DNA of 64,000 nucleotides, from contig CASFZN010000017.1 in NCBI GenBank assembly GCA_949299195.1, positions 3,714-67,713 of the forward strand, read 5' to 3'. Source of the stretch: an uncultured bacterium (GTDB lineage: Bacteria; Bacillota_I; Bacilli_A; RFN20; CAG-826). Below the pieces are notes generated by a model. It ran no database searches. It was not told the origin of the DNA and saw only the letters and a list, made by a program, of their open reading frames with translations. How positions within the stretch are numbered: the first letter of the stretch is position 1; the number at the start of each line of letters is the position of its first letter. A program made the position numbers and the translations under genes. Of this stretch, positions 47,972 to 60,964 are shown piece after piece.

Positions 47972-48478
47972 TTAAAATATAAAATCTTCACCTTTAATTG
48001 TTTCAACAGTAGCAAGATCAAAGAAATTTCCTTGTCTTAAAGCTTCATATAATACAATCGCTACACAGTTGGATAAGTTTAAACTTCTTGAAGATAGGGT
48101 CATAGGAATTCTTATACATTTATCTAAATGTTCTTTTAAAACTTCTTTAGGAATCCCGGTTGATTCTCTACCAAACATAAAAGAATAGTTTTTAGTAACA
48201 TTGCTATAATCACAAGATGAATATATTTTTTTAGCATATCTAGTTACATAATAGATGTTTTCATCCTTATAAAGTTTTAAAAAATCCTCATAATTATCGT
48301 ATATTTCAATATCAGTAATCGAAATATAATCCATCCCTGCTCTTTTCAAAGCCTTATCATCAAGAGTAAAACTTAAAGGACCTATAATTACTAATTTTGC
48401 ATTGATTGCGCTACATGTTCTAATGATATTTCCTACATTAGAAGGTTTCTCTGGTTGATATAAAATTACCTTATACAT
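47972..48478 (-). CDS. trmL: tRNA (cytidine/uridine-2'-O)-methyltransferase TrmL (SpoU family)
   Basis: Motifs KPSNVGNIIRTC and GRESTGIP; 168 aa. Confidence 0.8.
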   Translation of the reverse strand: MYKVILYQPEKPSNVGNIIRTCSAINAKLVIIGPLSFTLDDKALKRAGMDYISITDIEIYDNYEDFLKLYKDENIYYVTRYAKKIYSSCDYSNVTKNYSFMFGRESTGIPKEVLKEHLDKCIRIPMTLSSRSLNLSNCVAIVLYEALRQGNFFDLATVETIKGEDFIF

Positions 48479-48529
48479 ACAAGAATAATATTATCATTAA
48501 ACCCCAACTTTTTGTATAATAAATAGGGT

Positions 48530-49357
48530 ATGCAAGTAAACGTAAAAGAGTTATTTAAGGAAATTACAAAAAAAGAAATCCGTAGTTCTAACTATTTAGA
48601 AGGTGGAATCACTAATGATAACTACCTTTTTAACGATTCCTATGTTTTAAGAGTTCCTAAACCTTTCCCAGAAAAGGCAGTTAATTATCTTCAAGAAAAG
48701 AATAACTATAAGGTTATTGAACCTTTAAAAATGAGCGAAAAACTCCTTTATTTAGATGAAGTTAATGGTTTTAAAATCACTAAATTTATCCATAATACTC
48801 ATTATTATGGAGTTATCGATAATGATGTTATAACTCAAGTTGCTAAACTTTTAAAAAGACTCCATGGGGCAAATATTAAAGTTCCTTATGGCTATCAAGC
48901 ATTTAAAAGATTAGAAAATTATAAAGAAAACATCTCTCCAAAATATTATTTAAAACCTGAATATGAAGAAAAAGTCATTAAAGACGTTAGAAAAGTATAC
49001 GCAAAAGATGAATTTTGTTTATGTCATAACGATTTAGTTAAAGGCAATTTATTATTCACTTTTAATACTGCTTTTATAATTGATTGGGAAAATGGAGGAA
49101 TGAATAATCCTACCTTTGATTTAGCATCTTTTATAAGCGAAAATAACTTATCTTATGACCAAAAAATCGCTTTTTTAAAGAAATATTATGGCTATAAATA
49201 TAGTGAATTAAAATTAAAAAGAGTCGATATCTTCATCGCTTTTTTAGATGTCTTATTCTATTATTGGGCAATGAGTTATTTTAAAGACCGTAAAGAAGAA
49301 ATCTATTTAAGAATCGCTCAAGAAAAGTTAGAAAGAATAAAAATGAACTTTAATTAG
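48530..49357 (+). CDS. Choline/ethanolamine kinase-like phosphotransferase (APH fold)
   Basis: Motifs CHNDLVKGNLLF and IIDWENGGMN; 275 aa. Confidence 0.6.
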   Translation: MQVNVKELFKEITKKEIRSSNYLEGGITNDNYLFNDSYVLRVPKPFPEKAVNYLQEKNNYKVIEPLKMSEKLLYLDEVNGFKITKFIHNTHYYGVIDNDVITQVAKLLKRLHGANIKVPYGYQAFKRLENYKENISPKYYLKPEYEEKVIKDVRKVYAKDEFCLCHNDLVKGNLLFTFNTAFIIDWENGGMNNPTFDLASFISENNLSYDQKIAFLKKYYGYKYSELKLKRVDIFIAFLDVLFYYWAMSYFKDRKEEIYLRIAQEKLERIKMNFN

Positions 49358-49358
49358 A

Positions 49359-49889
49359 TTAAAGTTCATTTTCTTTATAATTATCTATTGATTCTAAAAT
49401 AATTCTTTCAGCTTCATCTTGATCTGAAATTCCTATAATTTCAGTTTCTTTACCTTCTAAAAATTTATAAACAGAGAAGAAATGTTCAATTTCATCAACT
49501 AAGTGTATTGGTAATTCTTCAAAAGATTCGAAGTTTTTATAAAACGGATCATTAGTAGCAACTGCTAAAATCTTAAAATCTTCCTTTCCGCCATCAAGCA
49601 TTTTAATCACTCCTAACGCTTTACACATAACAAATGAAAAAGGAATAATCTCTTCACTACATATAACAAGTACATCAAGAGCATCACCATCTTCACAAAG
49701 AGTTAAAGGAATATATCCATAATTATGAGGATAGTGAGTTGAAGTATATAAGATTCTATCAAGTCTTAATAATCCAGTTTGTTTATCGATTTCATATTTA
49801 TTCTTACTACCTTTAGAAATCTCAATAACAACTGGGAATAATTTCTCAGTAAACTTAAAGTTTTTAAATCTTCTATCTGTTGGATTCAT
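49359..49889 (-). CDS. ppa: Inorganic pyrophosphatase, family I
   Basis: Motifs HYPHNYGYIP and DGDALDVLV; 176 aa. Confidence 0.85.
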   Translation of the reverse strand: MNPTDRRFKNFKFTEKLFPVVIEISKGSKNKYEIDKQTGLLRLDRILYTSTHYPHNYGYIPLTLCEDGDALDVLVICSEEIIPFSFVMCKALGVIKMLDGGKEDFKILAVATNDPFYKNFESFEELPIHLVDEIEHFFSVYKFLEGKETEIIGISDQDEAERIILESIDNYKENEL

Positions 49890-49897
49890 ATCAATAA

Positions 49898-51100
49898 CTA
49901 TTCTCCGCCTTTACATCTAACGAAATTATCGAATTCTTTGACCTCTTCCCAAGATTTAAACTTAGCGACAAAGAAAGAATCTCCCATATCATCTCTTAAT
50001 GCATAAGGGAATTCGCCATAAAAACATAAACTATTTTTATATTTTTCAATAATTTCTTCTTTTGAGTGTAAATATTTATACATATAACGACGGTGTGCGC
50101 TACATGCATAATATTTTTCTAAATCCATATTTTGACGGTTTTCATCATATGCCATAACATCAGCATATAATTGATAAATATCGATAGAATTCGCAAAATC
50201 AATCAAATCAGGAGTATATGCTCCAGCAACTCTAAAATTAGATTCAAGTGGAACAAACGTTCCTTTTGGCCCTAAATATGGATGATCTTCAGTTAATTTA
50301 AAGAATTCAAAATGGAAAAGTCTACGGTTTAAACCAAAAACTTCAACGCTTTTTCTTCCGGCTTCTAATAATGCATCAGGTATTTTTGGTAAGCAACAAT
50401 ACATATCATCAGTTGAAGAGTTAACAACATCAAAAGTTGGAGTCGCAAAATAGTGACAAGTATTAAAGATTACTTTTCCTTGTGAATTAGTAACTCCATC
50501 ATAAGAATAGAGCTCACCTTTAATATATTCTTCAAAAATATATTCTTTTTCAGGTGGCAAACTTGTTGCAAAATCTATAAGTTCGATTTCATTATCAATT
50601 TTCTTTCCACCTTGAGCACCAACTCCTACATTAGGTTTAGCAAAAATTGGGAATCCGACTTTAGAAGCGAATTCTTTTAATAAATCATGATCTTTAGTGA
50701 CAATATATCTAGCAGGTTTTAATCCAGCACGAATAAAATATTCTTTTTGGTTACATTTTTGCATTTTCCATGCTAAATCATTCTCATTAAAGGAAGTTTT
50801 AATTCCAAAAACATCTCTTAAACGAGCATCTTTGATTAACCAATATTCATTGTTGGATTCAATATATTCAATTTCTCCGTATTTATCTCTAAAATATTGA
50901 ACTGCTCTTTTTTCATTTTCAAAAGTATCCATGAAAGAACATAGATAATATTCTTCTAGCGCATACTTACATTGTTCAGGAAGCTCATTATATGGAGCGT
51001 CTCCTATTCCTAAAACGTTAAAGCCATGACTTTTTAAAGCCATACAAAACTTCCAGTAGGAATCTGGAAAATGTGGGGAAACAAAAATAAAATTTCTCAT
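49898..51100 (-). CDS. ATP-grasp domain protein of unknown substrate
   Basis: 400 aa with Gly-rich loops characteristic of the ATP-grasp fold (FAKPNVGVGAQGG). It does not look like a canonical Ddl. Confidence 0.5.
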   Translation of the reverse strand: MRNFIFVSPHFPDSYWKFCMALKSHGFNVLGIGDAPYNELPEQCKYALEEYYLCSFMDTFENEKRAVQYFRDKYGEIEYIESNNEYWLIKDARLRDVFGIKTSFNENDLAWKMQKCNQKEYFIRAGLKPARYIVTKDHDLLKEFASKVGFPIFAKPNVGVGAQGGKKIDNEIELIDFATSLPPEKEYIFEEYIKGELYSYDGVTNSQGKVIFNTCHYFATPTFDVVNSSTDDMYCCLPKIPDALLEAGRKSVEVFGLNRRLFHFEFFKLTEDHPYLGPKGTFVPLESNFRVAGAYTPDLIDFANSIDIYQLYADVMAYDENRQNMDLEKYYACSAHRRYMYKYLHSKEEIIEKYKNSLCFYGEFPYALRDDMGDSFFVAKFKSWEEVKEFDNFVRCKGGE

Positions 51101-51128
51101 AAACCAAAATACCTTTATATAGACTATT

Positions 51129-53862
<2,734 letters not shown>

Positions 53863-53876
<14 letters not shown>

Positions 53877-55389
53877 TATGTAAATCTAATTCACCTTTAA
53901 ATTCTTCAATAATTTTTCTTAGTTCATCTCTTTGAGGTTTTTTAATGTCTTTTGTTTTGTCAATTTCATCTAATAGTGATTTATAATGAGTAGAAATTCT
54001 TAAATATAATTTCTTTAAAAATGGCTTAATATACGCAATTTCTAAATCATCTAAATATCTATTTTTAGCAGCGAAAAGATAGACTACTTCTTCTAAATAA
54101 GAAAGTGGGGAGTTTTGATTTTGTTTTAAAACTTCCATTAAAGCTTTACCATGTCTGATAATATCCTTTGTATTTTCATCTAAATCACTACCAAATTGAG
54201 TAAATGCTAATAAATCATTAAAGTTAGCAATTTCCATTTTTAAAGATGAAGAAACTTTTTTAACACCTTTAAATTGAGCAGCACTTCCAACACGAGAAAC
54301 TGATAAACCAATATCAATAGCAGGACGTTGCCCAGCATTAAATAAGTCAGTTTTCAAGAAAATTTGACCATCAGTAATTGAGATGACATTAGTAGGAATA
54401 TAACTAGAAATATCTCCAGCTTGAGTTTCAACAATTGGTAAAGCAGTGATACTTCCGCCGCCATTTTTCTCGTTTAATTTAACACATCTTTCTAATAATC
54501 TTGAATGTAAATAGAAGATATCACCTGGATAAGCTTCTCTTCCTGGACTTCTTTTAAGTAATAAGGATAAAGCACGATAACTAACGGCGTGTTTTGATAA
54601 ATCATCAAAAACAATCAAGACGTCTTTTCCTTGTTTACACCAATATTCAGCCATGGTGACACCTGTATAAGGAGCAATATATTGAAGAGGCGAAATCTCT
54701 GAAGCGGTAGCGTTAACTATAACGCTATATTCCATTGATCCGTTTCTTTCTAATTTTTCATAGATTGCTGCAACATTGGCATTTTTTTGACCGATTGCAA
54801 CATAAATACAAATAACATCTCTTCCTTTTTGATTTAAAATTGTATCGATAGCAATCGTTGTTTTTCCAGTTTGTCTATCACCGATCAATAATTCTCTTTG
54901 TCCCTTTCCAATAGGAATCATTGAATCGATTGTTAAAATACCAGTTTCTAAAGGTTCATTAACGCTTTCTCTTGCCATTATTCCAGGAGCAATCTTTTCA
55001 ATAGGTGAAGTTTCTTTATAATCGATTTCTCCTTTTCCATCAATTGGGCGTCCTAAAGCATCAACGACTCTTCCTAAAAGCGCGTCTCCCACAGGACAAG
55101 CGATAACTTCTTTTGTTCTTTTAACCTTATCACCTTCTTTGATGGTGTTAGTGTTTTTAAGTAAAGCTACTAAAACACTATCTTCTTCTAAATTCATGAC
55201 AATTCCATAATCATCATCATTAAAAAGAATTAATTCTCCTAACATTGCTTTTTCAAGTCCATAAATTAAAGCGATGCCATCGCCAATTGTAACGACAGTT
55301 CCAATATCGTTTGATTTTTTAATATCATTTTCAAATTCTTTAATTTCTTCTTTGATTAAAAGCGAGATTTTGTTTGCGTTAATTCCCAT
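53863..55389 (-). CDS. atpA: F0F1 ATP synthase subunit alpha
   Basis: Motif GDRQTGKT; 508 aa. Confidence 0.95.
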
Positions 55390-55392
55390 AAT

Positions 55393-55926
55393 TTATTCCT
55401 TCACCAAGTAATTTTTTAAACTATCTAACTTTGTTTTTATCGATGCATCATAAATATTATTTTTTAAAACTACCTTAAAACCGCCGATTAAATCGGGTTT
55501 TATTACAATATTTAAGTCGATTCTTTTATTCAAATCTTTTTCGATGGTTTCTATTATTTTTTTAATGTCTTCGTCGCTAGGCTTTTTAGCAACATATAAT
55601 GTTCCAGACTCGATATTTAAATAATCATCAAATCGATATAAGGATTCTTTAATAATTTCATACATATAAAAAGATATATTGTTTTTAACAATAACTTTTA
55701 AAAATGAACGTGTATGAGAAGATAAATCTTTAAAACTACGATCAATAAGATCGTATTTTTCATTTAAAGAGATATTTTTGCCATATAAAATTCGTTGATA
55801 TTCTTTATTTTCTTTTAAAACATTTTTTAGAATTTTTAACTCTTCACGGTCATTATTAACGCTTTTTTCTTGTATCGATAAATCTAAAAAAGCTATGGCG
55901 TAACGATTAAAAATATAATTTTCCAT
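55393..55926 (-). CDS. atpH: F0F1 ATP synthase subunit delta
   Basis: Operon position; 177 aa. Confidence 0.8.
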   Translation of the reverse strand: MENYIFNRYAIAFLDLSIQEKSVNNDREELKILKNVLKENKEYQRILYGKNISLNEKYDLIDRSFKDLSSHTRSFLKVIVKNNISFYMYEIIKESLYRFDDYLNIESGTLYVAKKPSDEDIKKIIETIEKDLNKRIDLNIVIKPDLIGGFKVVLKNNIYDASIKTKLDSLKNYLVKE

Positions 55927-55928
55927 TT

Positions 55929-56525
55929 TTATTTACTAGTATTTTTGACAAAGTCATCGATAATTTTTTTATTGTCGCTATCATTTACTTCACGTTCTAG
56001 GATCTTAGAACTCATCTTTATTGCAACATCAGAAATCTCATTTTTGAGTTCTTTTTCAGCCTCTTTTTGATTTCTTTCAATTTGAACATTGGCTTCTTCG
56101 ATTTTTTTAGTAGCTTCTAAATTTGCACTAACTAAGATTTTATCTTTTTCTTCATTAGCTTCTTTAATAGAATCTTCGATAATCTTCGAAGCTTTTTGAT
56201 GTGCTAAGGCTACTTCTTTCTTACTATTTAATAAATTTTCTTCACTTTCTTTTTTATTTTTAAAAGTGTCTTTAACTTCTTTATCCATGAGTTCTTGTCT
56301 TTTTTCGATATATTTTTTAATTGGTTTATAAGCGAAAATAAAGATTAAGATAATCATGATGATAAAGGCGATAAATTGCACCAAAAAATCCCAGACATTA
56401 GGGAAAATTTTGTCTGCCACGCTATCACTAATATTAAAATACTCACTTAAATCGCAACTACTTAAAAATAGTGATGAAGGTAATAAAAGTAAGATTTTTA
56501 ATAACCCTTTATTCTTTTTAAACAT
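55929..56525 (-). CDS. atpF: F0F1 ATP synthase subunit b with an N-terminal lipoprotein-type signal
   Basis: N-terminus MFKKNKGLLKILLLLPSSLFLSSC (lipobox LSSC), one transmembrane helix, then a charged coiled coil. Confidence 0.8.
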   Translation of the reverse strand: MFKKNKGLLKILLLLPSSLFLSSCDLSEYFNISDSVADKIFPNVWDFLVQFIAFIIMIILIFIFAYKPIKKYIEKRQELMDKEVKDTFKNKKESEENLLNSKKEVALAHQKASKIIEDSIKEANEEKDKILVSANLEATKKIEEANVQIERNQKEAEKELKNEISDVAIKMSSKILEREVNDSDNKKIIDDFVKNTSK

Positions 56526-56540
56526 AAAAAATTAAATAAA

Positions 56541-56816
56541 TTAAATAAATAAAAGTAAAATAGCGAGTAATAAACAATAAATTGCAGTAGTTTCTGTTAA
56601 AGCACAACCTAAGATCATTCCGGTTCTTAATTTAGAATACATCTCTGGGTTTCTACTCATTGAATTAACAGCACATGCACAAATATAACCTTCACCTAAA
56701 CCTGAAGCCATCATTGAAATACCACACATTCCAATTGCAATATAAGCAAATGAACGATCAGTAAAGGTAGATTCAAAGATCATAAGGGTTTGTGCTAAAT
56801 TCATTAAAAATTCCAT
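56541..56816 (-). CDS. atpE: F0F1 ATP synthase subunit c
   Basis: 91-aa helical hairpin with a conserved carboxylate in helix 2. Confidence 0.85.
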   Translation of the reverse strand: MEFLMNLAQTLMIFESTFTDRSFAYIAIGMCGISMMASGLGEGYICACAVNSMSRNPEMYSKLRTGMILGCALTETTAIYCLLLAILLLFI

Positions 56817-56819
56817 AAA

Positions 56820-57650
56820 CTAAGCCTCCTTTTGAATTTGTTCAGCACTGATTTTATCAATAATTTTATCCTCATCTTCATCGTTTTGTTCTTGAGCGAT
56901 AAAAATCATTGTTAACATTGAGAAAACAAGAGTTTGAATAGCGGAGCTAATCAAATCAAAATAAACATGGAAAATAGGGGTGATTAAAGGAGCCAAAATT
57001 ATATCTGGACCCTGTATTCCTCCTCCAGTTGCCATTCCAAAAATCGGTCTAAAAATATCGGCACTTAAAGCTTCTAATGCGCCATAAAATAAAGCCATTA
57101 TACAGAACCCACTTAAAGCATTACCAAACATACGTAAAGTTAAAGATAAAAGCGGAGCCCACATTGTAATAAGATTAATTGGTAAAAATACTGGGAAAGG
57201 ATCGATATATCTTCTAAAATATCCCCATTTATTCGTTTTTACTGCGGTTGCATGAATTAAAATAAAAGTCCAAGCGGTAACCGATAAAGGCATAACAATA
57301 TAAGTAAATGGACTTGATAAACCAGTTAATCCAAAAGAAAAACCAAAGAAAACATATAAGACAAGTCCAAACATATAACCTGAAAAATTGCGATTCTTTT
57401 CGCCCATTGTTGAAGTAACAAAGTTTTGAATTACATTAAAAAACCATACTCCTAAAAAAACTAATCCTTTAGGTTTTTTTAATGGATCTTTCATCGCATG
57501 TTTAAAGGTGAAGAAAATAACTAATGAAAAAAGAATTAAAATCAACATTAAAACAAGCGAAAAGAAAATTTCGTTTCTAACATTAAATTTAAGTAATTTA
57601 TCGATTATTTCGCTACTTTCGATATATGTATTAACGCTATTAACTATCAT
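56820..57650 (-). CDS. atpB: F0F1 ATP synthase subunit a
   Basis: Polytopic protein of 276 aa; motif MFGNALSG with a conserved Arg. Confidence 0.85.
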   Translation of the reverse strand: MIVNSVNTYIESSEIIDKLLKFNVRNEIFFSLVLMLILILFSLVIFFTFKHAMKDPLKKPKGLVFLGVWFFNVIQNFVTSTMGEKNRNFSGYMFGLVLYVFFGFSFGLTGLSSPFTYIVMPLSVTAWTFILIHATAVKTNKWGYFRRYIDPFPVFLPINLITMWAPLLSLTLRMFGNALSGFCIMALFYGALEALSADIFRPIFGMATGGGIQGPDIILAPLITPIFHVYFDLISSAIQTLVFSMLTMIFIAQEQNDEDEDKIIDKISAEQIQKEA

Positions 57651-58023
57651 ATTTACTTCTAAAAATAACTACCATTAAATTCAGAAATATTGGAATTAAT
57701 CCAAGCAATAAATATAAATAAGGATATATTTCACCGCTATTTTGATTTAAAAAATAGATACATAAAGCACTTAAAACTAATCCAATTCCTAAAAGTAAAA
57801 ATCTAAAAAATCCCATTAACATGAATGAAATTTTAGAGTCTTCTCCTTCTTTTTTAGCACTATATAAATTTATCAACACTACGAAATATGTAAAAAATGA
57901 GGTAATAGAAAGTACAATTAGTGGCTCATAGACATTAAATGCTATTCCAGTTAAAGAAATCACAATCAAAATTAATGAAACAAGGATATAAACTAACTGC
58001 GCCCTCAAACATGTTTTGAACAT
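57640..58023 (-). CDS. atpI: ATP synthase protein I-like small membrane protein
   Basis: 127 aa with 4 hydrophobic helices; first gene of the atp operon. Confidence 0.6.
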   Translation of the reverse strand: MFKTCLRAQLVYILVSLILIVISLTGIAFNVYEPLIVLSITSFFTYFVVLINLYSAKKEGEDSKISFMLMGFFRFLLLGIGLVLSALCIYFLNQNSGEIYPYLYLLLGLIPIFLNLMVVIFRSKYDS

Positions 58024-58157
58024 CCATAATATTATAAATTATTAAAAGATTTTGTCCACACCTAGAGGGGTTAAAAATCTACTTAAACTTTATACTTTTT
58101 TCCTTTATAATAATTGAACCAGCAAATTTTATATATAAAATTTAGAAAGGAAAAATT

Positions 58158-59801
58158 ATGAGTTTTGAAGTTACAATTAATAATGATGTAAGACACTTTG
58201 AAAAGAAAGTGCGTTTAAAAGACTTAACTAACGGCAATTATAATTATATTGGAGCCTTAGTTAATGGAAGAGTTCGTGAACTTGATTACGATTTACATTA
58301 CACTTCTAATGTTAAATTCTTAACAACTAGTGATTCAATAGCCAGTGGAATCTATGAAAGAGGTATCCGCTATCTTTTTGTTATGGCTGTTAAAAGAATT
58401 TATCCGGAATTAAGTTTTAGACTATCATATTCTATTTCTAGATCGATTTATGCTCATGAAATAGATGATAAAAAATTAACCCAACAAATGGTTAAAAAAA
58501 TCGAACAAGAAATGAGAAATATTGTCGAAAAAGACTATATTTTTGAAAGAATTATTATTTCTAATGAAGAGGCTGAAAAATTATATCAAGAAACTAGAAG
58601 GGTTGATAAAATTGAGATTTTAAAATATCGTCCTGAAAAAACAGTCCATATTTATAAATGTGATGGATATTTAAACTATATGTATGGAAAAACGGTCCCT
58701 TCAACCGGTTATTTAAAAGATTTTAAATTGATTTATTATCCACCTGGAATCTTAATTCAATATCCTCGTAGTGAATTTAATGGAAAAATCCCACCATTTA
58801 AAGATGAACCAATCTTTAGTGACACTTTAGGAGGTGCTGATGCTTGGAGTAATTTAGTTAACTTATCAACTATTGCTGAAATTAATAAGCTTGCAGTTGA
58901 ATATGAAGGAACAAATATCATCAATATCTGTGAAAATAGGCATAATAGAATGCTTGTTGAACTAGGACAAAAAATCTACGATAACATCGGATCTATTCGT
59001 CTTATTTGTATCGCTGGTCCTTCAAGTAGCGGTAAGACTACTTTCAGTGATCGATTAACCCTTGAACTTATCTCTAGAGGTATCAATCCAATTAGAATCT
59101 CACTTGATGATTATTATAAAGATAGAGAAGATGTACCTTTAGATGAATTTGGAGAACCAGATTTTGAATCTTTAGATGCTTTAGATGTTGATTTATTTAA
59201 TGAAAACTTAGTTGATTTACTTAGTGGCGAAGAGGTTGGAATGCCTCGATTTGATTTCCAACTCAAAAAGAGAGTCTATGATAAAAGAATTAAAATTGAA
59301 AAAGGACAACCTATTATTATTGAAGGAATTCATGCTTTAAATGAAGCTTTGACTCCTTTAATTCCTAAATCAATAAAATATAAGATTTATATTTCTCCTC
59401 AAGCTCAAATCAATTTGGATAACGAAAACCCAATTTCATTAACTGATATTAGACTTATTAGACGAATTGTTAGAGATTCAAAATATCGTAATTCTTCAGC
59501 TGAAGATACCTTATCAATGTGGCCTTCAGTAAGAAGAGGAGAATTTAAATGGATCTATCAAACTCAAGAAGAGGCAGATTATGTTTTTGACTCCTTCTTA
59601 AATTATGAATTATGCGTCTTAAAAAAATATGCCTATCCATTAATCAATAAAATCGATAAAGATGGGCCATTTGGACCAGATGCTGAAAGATTATTAAAAT
59701 TACTTAAATATTTTGTCGATTTAGATGAAAAATATATCCCTTGTAATTCAATTCTTAAGGAATTTATTGGGGGTTCTTGTTATCGTGATGCTGGGTTTTA
59801 A
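58158..59801 (+). CDS. udk: Uridine kinase family protein with an N-terminal ThrRS/TGS-like domain
   Basis: C-terminal P-loop ICIAGPSSSGKTT and DDYY motif; 547 aa. Confidence 0.75.
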   Translation: MSFEVTINNDVRHFEKKVRLKDLTNGNYNYIGALVNGRVRELDYDLHYTSNVKFLTTSDSIASGIYERGIRYLFVMAVKRIYPELSFRLSYSISRSIYAHEIDDKKLTQQMVKKIEQEMRNIVEKDYIFERIIISNEEAEKLYQETRRVDKIEILKYRPEKTVHIYKCDGYLNYMYGKTVPSTGYLKDFKLIYYPPGILIQYPRSEFNGKIPPFKDEPIFSDTLGGADAWSNLVNLSTIAEINKLAVEYEGTNIINICENRHNRMLVELGQKIYDNIGSIRLICIAGPSSSGKTTFSDRLTLELISRGINPIRISLDDYYKDREDVPLDEFGEPDFESLDALDVDLFNENLVDLLSGEEVGMPRFDFQLKKRVYDKRIKIEKGQPIIIEGIHALNEALTPLIPKSIKYKIYISPQAQINLDNENPISLTDIRLIRRIVRDSKYRNSSAEDTLSMWPSVRRGEFKWIYQTQEEADYVFDSFLNYELCVLKKYAYPLINKIDKDGPFGPDAERLLKLLKYFVDLDEKYIPCNSILKEFIGGSCYRDAGF

Positions 59802-60927
59802 TCTTCACAAATTTATTAACATATTGAAGATTAAGTGACTTATGAATAACGAGTAATTCATTCATATAAACATTTCTTAAATTCAAATATCTAGCGTATT
59901 CTTCTTCGGTGGCGATTTCTTTATAGAAGGTATTAAAAACACTTTCGAGTCTAAAGAAACTTTCATATAAATTAATCATTGTAATTAGAAAATAATATTC
60001 TCTATTAGAATAGATTAAAAGCGGAGAAGAATGCGCTATTTCACTAGATAATTCATATATTTTAGAATATTTTTTTAATCCAGCCATATTCTCAACGCCA
60101 TCTCTAAAGTTAAGTTTATAATCAACTAAATATTCTTTATCCTTGATTGCAAAAAGATAGCCATATTCGATAAATTTTTTCATATCTTTACTTTTTAAGC
60201 CTTTTTCTTTCATCTTTTCTTTAATCTCGGCGAATATTTCGTCGGTTTTTTCTTTGCTTTTGATTTGGCCTCGATATGCTAAAGAATATTCAATATGTCT
60301 AAAATAGGCATCAAATACATCTTTTCCGTTTAATACTAGTACATATAATATCGATTCATTTTCATGTGTAGTTCTCCAGGTTGAAAAAGCCTCGACATCA
60401 AAACCATTAATTAAAAGATTTTGAATACATTGAGATAAAGAAAATGAATTTTTAAGCATATCTTTAATTAATCTTTGATATTTATCGTATTCAACGTTTT
60501 GGCGGTTAAGGATGTTTAAACAGAAGTTCAAATATAAGGCCATGGTTGAAATTTGAGGATTAAATTTATTTAAATATGCTTGAGATTTATAGTTTAATTG
60601 TTCATTTGTAAGATATTTATCGCAAATAACTGAACATAAATAATGATAAAAATCCTCATCCTGAAGCATTTTTTCAATACTTACTTTCTCTCCCCATCTA
60701 ATTGAATGAGCAAACTTAATTTCATTTAAAATATATAAAAGAACAACGATTGGATTAACAAAGTTAAACTCTTTAAATTCACTTTGTTTTAAAACAGTTT
60801 CAATCGCTTCAGTAACTGTTTCATATATGTCATATAAAAGATCGCTAGAATCTAAAAAATCTTGTTCTACATTAAGTCTTTTTAAGGTGCTATCGAATTG
60901 AGGTTTATTTATCTTCATTACGTTCAT
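59764..60927 (-). CDS. Hypothetical protein
   Basis: 387-aa ORF. It overlaps the udk 3' end convergently by 38 nt and has no recognisable motif. Confidence 0.4.
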   Translation of the reverse strand: MNVMKINKPQFDSTLKRLNVEQDFLDSSDLLYDIYETVTEAIETVLKQSEFKEFNFVNPIVVLLYILNEIKFAHSIRWGEKVSIEKMLQDEDFYHYLCSVICDKYLTNEQLNYKSQAYLNKFNPQISTMALYLNFCLNILNRQNVEYDKYQRLIKDMLKNSFSLSQCIQNLLINGFDVEAFSTWRTTHENESILYVLVLNGKDVFDAYFRHIEYSLAYRGQIKSKEKTDEIFAEIKEKMKEKGLKSKDMKKFIEYGYLFAIKDKEYLVDYKLNFRDGVENMAGLKKYSKIYELSSEIAHSSPLLIYSNREYYFLITMINLYESFFRLESVFNTFYKEIATEEEYARYLNLRNVYMNELLVIHKSLNLQYVNKFVKIKTQHHDNKNPQ

Positions 60928-60964
60928 AGTATCTATTATTTTATAATAGTTTAATTATTTTTGC

